Positions 1 through 13,100 of a stretch of DNA of 64,000 nt are shown here, one piece after another. The translations under genes and the position numbers were made by a program. This DNA comes from Felis catus (lineage: Eukaryota): assembly GCF_018350175.1 (NCBI RefSeq), contig NC_058368.1:200572001-200636000 (forward strand), in the 5' to 3' direction. Positions within the stretch are counted from its first letter, which is position 1. Each line of letters begins with the position of its first letter. The notes under the pieces were generated by a model that did not search any database, had not been told where the DNA came from, and saw only the letters and a program-made list of their open reading frames with translations.

Positions 1-2666
1 GACAATGTTATTAGCTCTTTTCTTTAAGAAAAATGTTTTTAAACTCAAAATTACAACTTGATATAGGTGGTAGGGTAGTTCTTTTATCAAACAGTGTACC
101 CACGGCCCTATTGTAAGAAAAATACAGCATGTTTGACTTTCCGTAAGAAAACTCCAAGACTTAATGAGCTAAAGAAAGCCCTAAGTGAAGTCCACTGGCC
201 TATTATTTTGTTGTTCATGGGATTTAATAACCATGTGGAAAGCATTGTTCAGTGTACTAGAGGGTGGCCCCATTCAGGTAAAATCTTAAATGTACCAGCA
301 AAGCAAGATGTGGGACCTCTTCTCTCTATTCAGTTTTAATCTCTTTCTTTCAGGAGCACTAAATTCATAGCTTCAAGTTGATTAAATTAAAAATTCAATT
401 AAATACATATTTTTAAGTGGATACACTTGCTTTGAACGGAACAGCATCTTCTGAATTATAATCAGTTTTCAGAAGAAATATTCATCCTAGATAGCCATTG
501 CTATTTTCTATGAGAAGTTATTTAGCATGTTTTAAACCAGAAAATTTAATATGCACTCCAAAGATCAAAGGACCAATAGTTAAAAGCTAAATAAGAATAT
601 CTTTGTGTAATTTTCTATTATTCTGTTTTACTGAGGATAAAAGAGTACCCAGAATGTTGTGTTAAAAAAAGATCCTTTTATCATGTCTATATTTTTAAAG
701 TTTTCCTGTGCACTAATAATTCTCTAACATTTGACCTTTATTACTTATTTTAAATCAAATTACATGATATGTAGTTCTTTCACAAAATTCTTCATTATAG
801 GAAAACATCTTGCTCTTCTAAGATCAAGAATTATGTTAAACCTAGCTGAGCATTATCGTTATCTTGACATCTGAAGTAAATATATATCTAGGAGAAACCA
901 ACACTCAGAAAAACTTTGAGGTCCTAAAGCTATCTTTTAGCACTTTAAAGATGCAGTAGCTTTTAGTAAAATACTGTATTAAATTTGACTGCTTGTGGAG
1001 GTTATGTTTTTTAAAGATGTAAATTAAATGTAGTATTTCCATAATTAACTATTAAGCAAACTAACAAATAAAAAGTGTTAACATCACACTTGTCCTAGAC
1101 AAGTTAACATCATACTTGTTCCTAGCGCTAATAACATAAATTAAACTAAGGCTTTCAGGTACTTGGATGAACGAACAGCTTTCTGAAATATATCCTCAAT
1201 CAATCATTTCCATCTGGGAGATGGGGAAGCTCCAGCTTTCATCATGTCCCGTCATGTGGTTTGGTTTAGTAAAAAGTCTAAATTAGACCTACTACGGAAC
1301 AGCACCCTGAAATGCAGAGAATTTAGTCATTGAGTGAGAAAAAATTACAATTTGTATTTGAATTTTTAAATGACAAGAGTTATTTCCTATATTTGAATTC
1401 TTAGCACTTAGTATATTACTTAGGACTTGCTATGTGGTCAGTGGGCAGTATGTATTTATTATGTTTGTTTTTGTTGAACTAATAGCTGATCCCCATAAAA
1501 CAATAGTAAACAGGGTAAAAACAAGAGATGGAGTCCATGATTTTTTTTTTTTAATCAGCTTCTGGCTGATTTCATTAAGTACACTATATTATATTTTAAT
1601 ATTTGGCTAAGTCACAGATGCATATTTCTCTATTCTACTTCCTGAGAGCCACAAATAGTTATTATATTTCTGAAAAATAATAAGGGAGTATCTGCTTTTT
1701 TTGTAGTTACAGAGATATCTGTATTATCATGTGGATGGTTTTCAGTGACATCAAATGCAGTCATAGTCCCATCTTATAAAAAGGAGCTGAAAGTCAGAAT
1801 GTGTCATTTACTTACTTACATACTTACTTTTTTGGTTCTTGAGTATATGGATATCCTGAAAACAGATGATTTGTGACATATTCTTACTCATACACAGCCA
1901 ATAAAAATGTCCTTTTACCTAGGAAGAAATGAGCACCATAAAGTTTTCTCAGGTATGGGTTATTTGAAAAAGATTGAAGAACAACTTTATAATTAATATT
2001 TATGTTTTTTAATTCTTATGCTTATAATAGACAAAATAATAACTTAGCAACTAGACAATTGAAAAATATAATTAGCTACCATAACTTTTAAATGTCCTCT
2101 TTCGACATTATTTCTACCAACAAACCCTGCTGATATCATAAATTCAAAACAGAATTTATTTTTTATTCTCTTGTGTTTTCTTTTACATGTTCTCAGAGAA
2201 GATGAATTTTTTCATTCTTTTAAAATAAATATTTAACAGGGTCTTCTCTATATTAATTCTTAAAGAAATTTTTACAGAAATTTCCTGGTTATGTAATAAA
2301 CAGACTATGATGTATTATTTTTAGCTTTCTTAAATATGGTTAGTGTTAAAGAATTTTGGTTGTTAACTCATACACCTCCAAAGTACAGTTTATTTAAACA
2401 ATAGTTAAGTAATCATGTGTTATAGTTTACATATGAAAATGAATGTATGTGTTCCATGCATGCAATGAAAGCAATTAAAAACTTACATGTATGCAAAGAA
2501 CATCTTTCTCTCCCTCTATTTTTCTCTTTCTCCTATAAAGACTTAATTTCATCCTGGGATGCAAACTAAGAATTATTCCACCCAGAAACTTAGGGAATTT
2601 ATCTCAATATCTTAGATATAGTGAATATTAACTCAAAGTATTTGTTGATTAGAACTATATAAAATA

Positions 2667-2891
2667 GGGGCGCCTGGGTGGCTCAGTCGGTTGAGCGTCC
2701 GACTTCAGCTCAGGTCATGATCTCACCACTCGTGAGTGAGTTTGAGCCCCACGTGGGGCTCTGTGCTGACAGCTGGGAGCTTGAAGCCTGCTTTGGATTC
2801 TGTGACTCCCTCTCTCTCTCTGCTCCACCCCTGCTCATGCTCAGTTTCTCTCTCAAAAAATGAATAAACGTTTAAAAGAAACTAAAAATAA
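2667..2891 (+). mobile_element. Can-SINE (SINEC_Fc-like, tRNA-derived)
   Basis: GGGGCGCCTGGGTGGCTCAGTCGG head (A box), (CT)n tract, AATAAA and A-rich tail. 16-bp TSD AGAACTATATAAAATA at 2651-2666 and 2892-2907. Confidence 0.95.
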
Positions 2892-3749
2892 AGAACTATA
2901 TAAAATATGTCCAAGTCTTTCCTGTATTTAAACAAATTTTCAGTGAACAATTAGGTACCCATGTAGAGAAGATCATGTATATTTTATATACATTGGAATA
3001 CCTTGGCTATACATGGGTAATAAAAAGTATACCCACAATGTGAACCTGTGCACATATCCATTGGAGGGATAGAGATACTTAACAGATTTCAGGTTATACA
3101 GAGAATATTTTTCATGAATACTTCTATAACACTTCCCATGCTCTAAATCATAGTTGTGTAAGAATAAAATTTAATTAGTGCTAGATAATTTTTTGGACCT
3201 TCACAAATGCAGTATGATGAAAATGTCACCTTTGACTTTCTCCATATTTATGTTGTGTGAGAAATACCTAGAAAACCAGAAGCAAGAAATATATATTTTA
3301 ATGGAAAATTTCTTTTATGAATTCTCTCTCCAAAACGTAAATAAGATATGACCACTGGAATAGTAGCAATGAAAGCATTGTGATCCATGTGTAGAATCCA
3401 AGTACTCTTGCTTGTCTTTAATAAGTTCTGAAATATTAATACCAGAGCTTCACCATTACACATGGCAGGAAAGCACAATAGTCCAAGAAGAGAAAATTCT
3501 TCAGGAAGACCCATATCAGTTCAAGTGAGGCTTATTTTAAATAGGATGATAGTTGGGCTCGCATTTCTTTTATCATTGTTGCTCCAAAGTTGTGGGGATT
3601 ATTGTAGAGAATGAGTCAATATCACATTCCCCAACTCCCAACTTTCATTTTTTGAATTTTTTTTTCCATATTTTCTTAAAGGTTTACCTACTGGAGGGAT
3701 TTTTCCCCCTAAAAGAATGCACACTCATCTGGAAGATACCTTAGTGAAC

Positions 3750-3850
3750 ACATTGACTCACCCCTTCAGTTAACAGAGGAGGAAAATAAGTCTAGAAAGA
3801 ATGATGAATTTTAAGGGTGATGCAGCAAGGTAGTCAAATGCCTCAAAATA
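3750..3850 (-). mobile_element. MIR fragment
   Basis: Weak resemblance to the reverse MIR core (ACAGAGGAGGAAAATAAGTCTAGAAAG). Confidence 0.35.
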
Positions 3851-3998
3851 GAATAATTACCGACATCTTACCTTCATTTTTCCCCACAATGCTAAACATA
3901 TATCCTAAGCTTTATATGATATTCAGATTTTTATGAGAAGTTAATTTTTATTTAAACTAATTACCTCTTGCCTTCTTGCCTTTTAACTTTTCCTTCTT

Positions 3999-4221
3999 TT
4001 TTTTTTAATTTTTTTCAACGTTTTTTATTTATTTTTGGGACAGAGAGAGACAGAGCATGAACGGGGTAGGGGCAGAGAGAGAGGGAGACACAGAATCGGA
4101 AACAGGCTCCAGGCTCTGAGCCATCAGCCCAGAGCCTGACACGGGGCTCGAACTCACGGACCGCGAGATCCTGACCTGGCTGAAGTCGGACGCTTAACTG
4201 ACTGCGCCACCCAGGCGCCCC
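3999..4221 (-). mobile_element. Young Can-SINE (SINEC_Fc-like)
   Basis: Near-consensus sequence with CpGs retained and A/B boxes. TSD TTAACTTTTCCTTCTT at 3983-3998 and 4222-4237. Confidence 0.96.
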
Positions 4222-4451
4222 TTAACTTTTCCTTCTTGTTTAACTCCTTATCAAATTCTGTCAACTGAGGCATCAGTGTCTAGGGCTCTCTTTCCAAAGA
4301 TAGAACAATTTTGATATCAGAATTTACATAAATTTCTATTGAACATTTCTTAAATGTATTAGTTTTGTTCAGAACCTAGGTGAGATTTTATGTACCAATT
4401 AATTTTTTTTGAAAATTAAAACAACTTTTTCATAATAGGATTGAGCAACAT

Positions 4452-5727
4452 ATTTTAAATCAATGAACTTTATTTCATAGAGCAGTTTGAACTTTACAGG
4501 GAAATTGAGTAGGAAATACAAAGATCATATACTCACTCTCCACTCTGCCCTACCAGAGTTTCCTCTATTATGAACCTTTTGAATTGGCATATTTGTTATA
4601 TATGGCATATTTGTTATAACTGATGAACTCATACTGATACACTATTAACTTAAAGTCCAGTATTTACATTACAGTTCTCTCTGTTGTGTAGTACTATGGA
4701 TTTCTCCAAATGCATGATGGTATAATCCACCATTATAATACTATATATTGTCTGATGCAAAATAATTTCACTGCCCTAATACTCCTCTGTGTTCCACAAT
4801 CCTCTCTTCAATCATTGGCAACCACTGATCTTTTAACTGTCTTCCATAGTTTGTCTTTTCCAAGATGTCATATAGTTGGGATTATAAAGTGTCTAGTCCT
4901 TTCAGACTAGCTTCTTTCAATGACCAATAAGCATAGCATTTAAAAAGGTTCCTCCATGTATGTTTGGCCTACTCCATGTAGTAGTGGCCTACTAGCTCAT
5001 TTACTTTTATTTCCCAATAATTTGCCATTTTATGGATGTACCACAGGTTGTTAAAAAATATTTGTTCACCCATTGAAGGCCACCCTAGTTACTTCCAATT
5101 TTGTTTTGAATAAAGTTGTTACACAAATTTGCATGCAGGTTTTTGTGTGGACAGACACAAGCTTTCAAACCCTTTAGGTCCATACTTAGGAAAGTAAATT
5201 GCTGGATATGACTATGTTTAGTTTTGCTATTAAACTGCCAAACTACTTTCCATAGTGTCTGTACCATTTTGCAATTCCTACCAGCAATGCTAAAGAGGCT
5301 TTACGTTGGTCTGAATCTTCACCAGTATTTGTTGTCAGTGTTTTGGATTTCAGTCATTCTAATAGGTACGTGGTACTTCTTGTTTCATTTTACAATTCTC
5401 TAATAACATATTATGTTAGATATCTTTTCATATGTTTATTTGCCATCCATACGTCTTCTTTGGTGAGATATTTGTCCAGATGAAAAAAATATTCTCCATG
5501 AAAGAAAAATTTGTTGAGTTGGATTTCATTAAAATTAAAAATCTCTGCTAAGGGAAAAACACCTGTACAGAATAAAAATGTAAGCTCTAGATTGGAGAAA
5601 AATTTTGAAAACCTGTATCTGATAAAGGAGTTCTATAAAATTTAGGCAAAGAACTCATAAATCTCACCATGAGAAAGCACACAGCCAAATCAAAAAGTCG
5701 GCAACACATTTGAGCAAACAATTTTTT
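4452..5727 (-). mobile_element. Old L1 (L1MC-like 3' end) with 5' inversion
   Basis: Minus-strand 3'UTR and ORF2 C-terminus at 4452-5481, followed by a plus-strand ORF2 piece at 5482-5727 (LDFIKIK...WEKI...SDKG-like). Confidence 0.75.
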
Positions 5728-6009
5728 TAAAAAATAACAATAAATCGTATGCTCTCATGAGTGTAAAATTAACTATAGCATTCTATTAAACCGTGGACTT
5801 ACTTAATTTTGCAGTGTTTTTTTTTTTTATGTTTATCAGTCCTTATTTTTAGAAGGACTATTTTCCAGCTTGTAGAGAATGAAATGGATTACTTAAAGTT
5901 CATTAACTGGGAAAAAAACCAACTCTAACAGCATTAATTTTAACAATGAGAAAAATGCTTTTGTCTATATTGTCAATATAGATTAAAATCAAAAGAATAT
6001 TGATGTATT

Positions 6010-6395
6010 ATTTTTAAATAATAGCTTTATTGAGATATAATTTACCTACTATAAAAATTTAACCTTTTAAAGTATGCATTTCAGTGTTTTCTGAATCATC
6101 ACAGAATTATGCAACCACCTACATCTAATTGTAGAATATTTTAGTGATTCCCTAAAATAAAGCTGTACCCATTAGGAGCTACACCCCACCCAGTTCCCCC
6201 AGTCCCTGACAACCACCAATTTACTTTCTGTCTCTATAGATTTGTCTATTCTGGAAATTTATTATAAATGGGATCATACACTACATGGTATTTTATAACT
6301 GGATTTTTTTTAACTAATTATGTTTTTGATGCCCATCCATGTTGAAGCATGGAAAAATACTTCATTTATTTTTTGTCAAATAATATGCTATTGTG
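6010..6395 (-). mobile_element. Old L1 3' end (L1MB-like)
   Basis: AGCTTTATTGAGATATAATTTAC... through CCATCCATGTTGAAGCATG matches an L1MB-type reverse 3'UTR. Confidence 0.75.
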
Positions 6396-6851
6396 GTGAT
6401 TTAACATTGACAGAGTGACATTTCATGCATGTCTCATGCAGGTATGTATTGAGTAATAATGATGTGTTTAGAAGCTTTTCTTCAGACAATTGGTAATTCA
6501 TTAAAAGGAATGGCAATTGATTTTTAGAAATGGAAATATTGTCAATTTTTTAGTACATATTCAAAGATGCAGCAGGGATCCAATTAACTTTCTTTAATAC
6601 AATTTAAACAAAAGTACCCACCAAAAGTACCCACCCCCTGAAAACACCTGAGAAATGTAAAACTACCTATGGTTATATACATGGCTGAGTGAAAATAAAG
6701 CAAATTATTGAAAAATAATTAGAATTTTTAAAAAAATTTTAAAAATGTGGTAAGAACATACAATTACTAAAAATAAATAATTTAAAATACTTTATAATTA
6801 AAGCATGGAGTGAATGTGTTTTGTAAATGATAAATCTTAAACTATATAAGG

Positions 6852-6852
<1 letters not shown>

Positions 6853-6892
<40 letters not shown>
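6853..6892. repeat. (TA)20 microsatellite
   Basis: Perfect dinucleotide run. Confidence 0.98.
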
Positions 6893-6895
<3 letters not shown>

Positions 6896-8154
6896 TTTTA
6901 AGTTTTCTTAAAACTTTCTTAAGTTTAGAGAAAGCCTGTTAGGAAATTTTATTCACTCACTTGCCTGGGTAATTGACAACTTGCCTGGGTAATTTCAGTG
7001 CTATCATTCTGAAATACCAACATGATTTCAACATGATATACATATAATTATTTTAAAAGATTAAGGACCCATTTATTCAGTGGACTGACCTTATTAAAAT
7101 CATTTATTTAATATATTTAATGTATAAGGTCTGCATATTTAACATGAGAGAAATATATGGTTTTTATACATTGACAAAAGATATAAATTACAAAGAGAAT
7201 CAGTTTGATATAAAATCTATGCTAAAGCCTGTTTGGAATTCATAAGTTGCTAAAATGCATAGAAATTGGCATTTTAGGGAATAAACTAATCAAAAACGTG
7301 TTCATTCTTTTCTTAGTGGACATTGTCTTGGATCACTTGAACATTTAACTATTTTCATAGATTTTTATTTGTTGGTATTATTGACTGATTATTCTGGCTT
7401 ACTTTGGGGAATGTAACATTGAGAAGTCTTATTGTCACTATACTATGTAGCTCCCTTGGTATGACCTTAATTTGCCCACATTATAGAAATGTGTCATCCT
7501 AAATAAATAGATAGCAGAATAAACTTCAGCATTTACATTGATATAGTTTAAAATTTATTTTAGCAATTATTACACTTTTCTTAGTGACCCAAGGGTAGAA
7601 TATTCATCTTGTTTTATATTAATCTATAATTTATCATCAGAAAAAAGAAACCACAATAGTGCAAGTCACTAGTGCATTGCACCATTGTGACTATGATTAA
7701 GGAGTGATTTGTTCCTTTCAAATAAAAGTAATTTAAATAACTGATCCAGTATTGTTTGATTAGGGAAATAAGTAGGAAAAGAGTTCTGAACTAAATAGAG
7801 AACTTAATTCCTTATGAAAAACATTATAAATAATTTATTGAACATCAATTATTATTACTATAATAATATTCTACACAAATCAAAATAGTTCTGAAACCAA
7901 TAGCAGTAAGTAAACACTGATGATGAAGTTTAAGAACAAAATGTTTGATGGGAGTGAGGTGGAGATATACTTAGTTTCTATCAGAATAGTCCTTTATAGA
8001 TCCATAGACTTCCAAAAAAATTTAGCTCAGTCAGCAATGACTCCTACATAATGTACGGTTGTAAAGCAAACATCTAAAATATATTGAAAGACAAAAGCCT
8101 ACAATCGATTCTGAATTCTGTTTGGACATTTCTTTGTATGTCTATAGATTTTTA

Positions 8155-8979
8155 TTTTTTAGCTTTTTAAATCGTTATTTAAAATTCTAGTTAACATAAC
8201 AGTGCAATATTTATTTCAGGAGGTAAACTCAGTGGTTCATTGCTTACATACAACCCCCAGGGCTCATCACAACAAGTGCCCTCCTTAATGCCCATCCCCC
8301 TTCTAGCCCATCCTCCATCCACTTCCCTCCATCAACCTTCAGTTTGTTCTCTATTGTTAAGAATCTCTTATGGTTTCTTTCCCTCCCTCTTTTTGTTTTT
8401 TTTTCCCCCTTTCCTGTATGTTCATCTGGTTTGTTTCTTAACTTTCACATATTAGTGAAATCATATGGTATTTGTCTTTCTCTGGCTGCCTTATTTTTGA
8501 TGGCTGGGTAATATTCCATTATCTATATATACTGCATCTTCTTTATCTGTCCATCAGTTGATGGAAATTTGGGCTTTTTCCATAGTTTGGCTATCGTTGA
8601 CAATGCTGACATAAATATTGGGGTGCACGTACCCCTTTGAATCTGTATTTTTGTATTCTTTGGATAAATACCTAGTAGTGCAATTGCTGGATCATCAGAT
8701 ATTTCTATTTTTCACTTTCTAAGGAACCTCTATACTGTTTTCCAGAGTGGCTGCACCAGTTTAGATTCCCACCAACACTGTAATAGGGTTCCCCTTTCCA
8801 CACATTCTTGCCAACACGTGTTGTTTCTTGTGTTGTTAATTTTAGCCATTCTGACAGGTGGGAAGTACCTCATTGTGGTACCCAATGATTAATCAGTTAC
8901 ATATAACACCCAGTGCTCTTCCCAACAAGTGCCATCCTTAATGCCTATCACCCATTTAGCCCATCCCCCCACCCACCTG
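8155..8979 (-). mobile_element. 5'-truncated carnivore L1, with an extra 3'UTR fragment at its 5' end
   Basis: Carnivore L1 3'UTR and ORF2 C-terminus at 8155-8880, plus a second 3'UTR copy at about 8884-8979. TATAGATTTTTA flanks the whole unit (8143-8154 and 8980-8991). Confidence 0.85.
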
Positions 8980-9293
8980 TATAGATTTTTAAATTACATT
9001 CATTTTATGCAATACTAAGTGTTAACTTGGAATCATTTTATAAAGTTGTCTTTCCATTCTATCAATGATATTTAACTGAGTGTATATACAGATTCACATA
9101 GTGAATTAAATTCTGGCCACCATTGACTTCCGCAGAGGAAATTCTCTTTTGATAATAACTGCCAGGCAAATATCTTTCTCCCAGGCTGAGTTCCCCCAAG
9201 CCAAAGTTATGTTATTTGGACAAAAGTTGGATATTGTTCATCAGATTATTTGAATGCACATAGAACTACTCTATAACTTGAGGGTGTTGCCTT

Positions 9294-9503
9294 TTTTTTC
9301 TTATTTCTTTTTAATTTTATTTTATTATTTGTGTGTGTGTGTGTTTCAAATTTTAATTTAAATTACAGCTAGTTAACATATAGTGTAATATTAGTTTCAG
9401 GAGCAGAATTTAGTGATTCATCACTTACATACAACACCCAATGTTCATTTACAAGTGCCCTCCTTAATATCCTTCATTTATTTAGCCCACCCCCCACCCA
9501 CCT
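9294..9503 (-). mobile_element. Short carnivore L1 3'UTR fragment
   Basis: TAGTTAACATATAGTG...ACAACACCCA...CCCACCCACC, with a T-rich tail containing (GT)n. Degenerate TSD at 9278-9293 and 9503-9518. Confidence 0.85.
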
Positions 9504-9699
9504 TACGGGGGTTGCTTTGTAATTTACCTGCTTAGTTATGTGTCATGGATTTTTTTTTCATTTGCCAGTTCCACTAATTCTGAAAATATGTACAAATTGT
9601 ATCTGGCAGGCTTGACCTATGTACTGAATTCCAAATTATGTAGCCAAACAAACTTGATATTTAAACTAATCCTGATCTTGATTGAGACTTTCTAATATT

Positions 9700-9960
9700 T
9701 AGGGCTCACCTAAAGCATCATCATCAGATCAAAGATCACTCTATCACTCGACCTGTTTGCATTTTATTTATATATTATATAATGATCTGATATTCTTTGT
9801 TTATTTATCCATTGTCTTGGGTATTATCTATGTCATCCAACAGAATGTAACTTTCCCAAGAACAGACATCTCTTCTGTCTTGTTCAACATTTTATCCACA
9901 GAACCTAGAACAATATCTGCACATATAAGGTTCTCATCAATTATTTGTGGCATGAATAAT
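9700..9960 (+). mobile_element. L2 3' end fragment
   Basis: Ends CCTAGAACAATATCTGCACATATAAGGTTCTCATCAATTATTTGTGGCATGAATAA, resembling the L2 terminus. Confidence 0.6.
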
Positions 9961-10067
9961 TCTTTCCTCTCATGTGTCTATCCACTGCACTACTCAATGC
10001 ATTTCTTTTCATAGAGATGCTACCAAACTAATTTGCATTCCAGATTTATGAATTACCTATGTGATAC

Positions 10068-10172
10068 AATCTCTGCAGTATTGACATTTGAACCAGAAAA
10101 ATTGTTGTGGGGACTGCCCCATGCATTTTCAAATATTTAATGGCTTTCTTGGCCTCTATCTACTTCATGTCA
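10068..10172 (-). mobile_element. MER20 fragment (hAT-Charlie MITE)
   Basis: TATTGACATTTG...TGTTGTGGGGACTGCCCCATGCATT...TGGCCTCTA resembles MER20, in the same orientation as the copy at 35414. Confidence 0.65.
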
Positions 10173-13100
10173 GGCAAGCAGATTTCTCCATGTATTCTCA
10201 TACTCTTACCTTTAAACCACAGCCAGCTTATGTTCATAGTCCTTCCATAATACCTTTCCATCCCCATTTACTGTTTATGTGCTCAGGCATTTTTCAACAT
10301 TTCTCTGGGTTATTGTATTTCTTTGGCATGATTGATTAATTTACTGAATAAAAACCCAGTACCCAGTTTCTTTCCTTAAACTTGTTTCAGCAAGCATAAG
10401 TAGGATGATTATCAGAAGAGTCTGAGACATGAAATATGTTGATATAGTCTGTTCTTTTTGATGGAATTTCCTACTCTCTTTTCTAACATGAGACTGATGA
10501 TTTGTCTTCATTTCTCTTGACTGTGCTGAACATTAGCCATTTTCTTGTACGAAGGTTAATATTCTTTTTTATTATGAATGACTCTCACATCACCTACTGA
10601 GTCATAAACTTCTTGGTCTTTCATCAATAATTTTAGTTTCTATACTTGCTACTATTGCGATTTCTCACATATTCTGAAGCCATAAAGTCAATGTGTTTGG
10701 TCTTATTTTACCTAAACAAGTCATTTCAATTTAACTCTTTAAATTCCATCTTGTAGCAACAGATTTTAGCCAATTTGTTATTAATCGCATATAGAGTGAT
10801 GCCCCGAGATGGCATAAGTGAAAGCATATTAAATATCATACTGACTTTCTGCCTTGGCATATTAAAAAGCAACAACAACAACTAAGTCTGTGTTTGTATC
10901 TGTTTGCAACTTTCAGAATACTTTTAATTTCACAAAGAAATATGCCCTTTTCAAACCTTTTATAACTACTCATGCTCATTGCATACACAAACATGCATGC
11001 ACATAAAACTTTTTTATATACCGAGAGAGTTGAAATATATACTTACATAGTTATTTTTTCAACTCTAAGCCAAAAAAAAAGTTACACCAAATTGTTTCAT
11101 GCTAATAAGGAACAAAATTAAGTTGTTTTATTATTCTATAATGATGGATGTATCCAGCTGTTGTTTCTTTAACTTTATTCTTGACTTTTTCTTGCTATAT
11201 GTACAATTTTATAGTCATTAAACAGCAGAAAGCATATTCATAAAATTCTTTATATTTTATGTATATAATATATTACATAATAAAATTTAACTTACTAATT
11301 TGCCACAAAGGAGAATTAGTCAAATTATATTTTCCATTTTCAAGACATTTCTCCAGGTGAAAAGTAAAATCTTTAAAAAATTTTTTACAAACAAGCTTGT
11401 AATGAAATGACCTACAGAAAACACCAGTTCATAGTACTTTTGAAATAGAATTATATTATTTATCTTTATATTCTATATCAATTAAATATTTAATTAATCA
11501 CTTGGTTAAATAAGACTGGGAAGTGAATTTTCATAGTGATCACTTCCATCATGGTCAAAAGTCAATGATGTTGTTCTTTTTAACTGTTAGATTTAATGTG
11601 GGTTTTAAATTTTTTCTACTCACTTTAAAGTTTAGATTGAATTATGGTATCTTAAACTGAAGGAAAAAAAATTTAGTTTTTAAGCTGCTATTTAAATAAA
11701 GATGAGAAAATACTTGACTGTTTTTAAGGGAAATAATTACATGCTTAATAAGAAAATTGAAATGTATCAAAACTATTCAAGTGTGGATATTTTAGAGCAT
11801 AATTTAACAAATTTAGATTTTGCTTGTTATACCTACATATTTATTATGTGTAATTTATTTTCCATTTGCACAAACCATATTTGCTTCGGATAACATTCCA
11901 TACCATTAGCAAATGGACTAATGTGCATTTCTTTTTTTATTCACATATTTGTTTACAAATAAAAATTTTACTCCAAAGACGTGAGTTCCATCAAGTAGAT
12001 ATTTTGACAATACGTAATAAAGTAGATTAATTACAAATCAAAATCAAATTAGACCCATCCCATTCAAGCCCACTGAATGGGCTTGTTATAACATTATCAA
12101 AAAGTTTCTCAAATAGGGAAATGGTTTATTTATAATATGAGGAATAATATAATAAAAATGCATTGATATTTTTATAGCTAAGTTTTATGCTGAACTCTCC
12201 CAATTTCTGAATGTCCAATTTATTTTTCGTTTCTTCAGTTTTTTCTTTCAGGGATCCTAACAGTTAATATTTTTTTATTTAACACTAAATTGGAAATTGA
12301 GTCGAAAGAAAGAATTTAAGGTTGCAATTAAAGCTAGAAAGATAAATAGATTTCCTTTCCTCAATTACAAAAGATTATAAACAGTATCTGCAAAACAATA
12401 TTTGTCCTGATTAAAGTTACCCTTTCAGTTTTTTCAAATTTTACAAAATCAGTTCTGGTATTTTTTATCAGCAATTTTTGATCCTATTTTCATTTATAAT
12501 TTATTCTATAGAATTTCTTTAATACACGGACATGAATGTAATTAATTAAGTTCTTCGAAAATAGTTTCTTGGCAGGTACAAGTAGACCTTCATTTTGAAA
12601 AACGCACTTGAACAATAATTATAAATAATGGTTTAGTGTCCCAGAGGGTCTTGTCAGTGCAATTATTTATCTCTGTAAGGGTCTGTCATACATTTCGAAT
12701 GAAAACTAAGGCACTAAATATGCAGCTTAAATCTAGCTTCTTAACAAAGGCGTGTCTACTGATTTTAGTTGTTTTTCTTTTATTTGGCATTCATACACTG
12801 TTTCCCGTTAATGTGACTATCGAAAGCAAAGAACAATAGGTGCTAAACTTTCAGAGAGCACAAGTGACAGAGAGCATTAGGACCTCTTGACTGTGAGTCC
12901 TGCAATCAGGGGGGTCCGTGTACTGCAGGTGAGGATTACACACGGAACATCTGCTTCATTGGGATGAGAGTTGATGACAGTGCTCTGTCTTAATCCTGTA
13001 ACAAGCCTACCGGTTAAAAAAAAAAAAACAACTTGGGGTAATTTCTTTCACAAATAGAGCTACTGCCAGCAGGTGAGGATGTAGCCATCTGTACATGAAG

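Noticed and set aside
1898..1952. Possible small plus-strand exon (acceptor at 1897 or 1922, donor CAG|GTATGG)
   Set aside because: The acceptor is weak, the peptide is unrecognised and no partner exons are visible. Such sites occur by chance.
2678..2863. MAQSV... ORFs and tRNA-like A/B boxes here and in other SINEs
   Set aside because: These are Can-SINE-derived, not genes or functional tRNAs.
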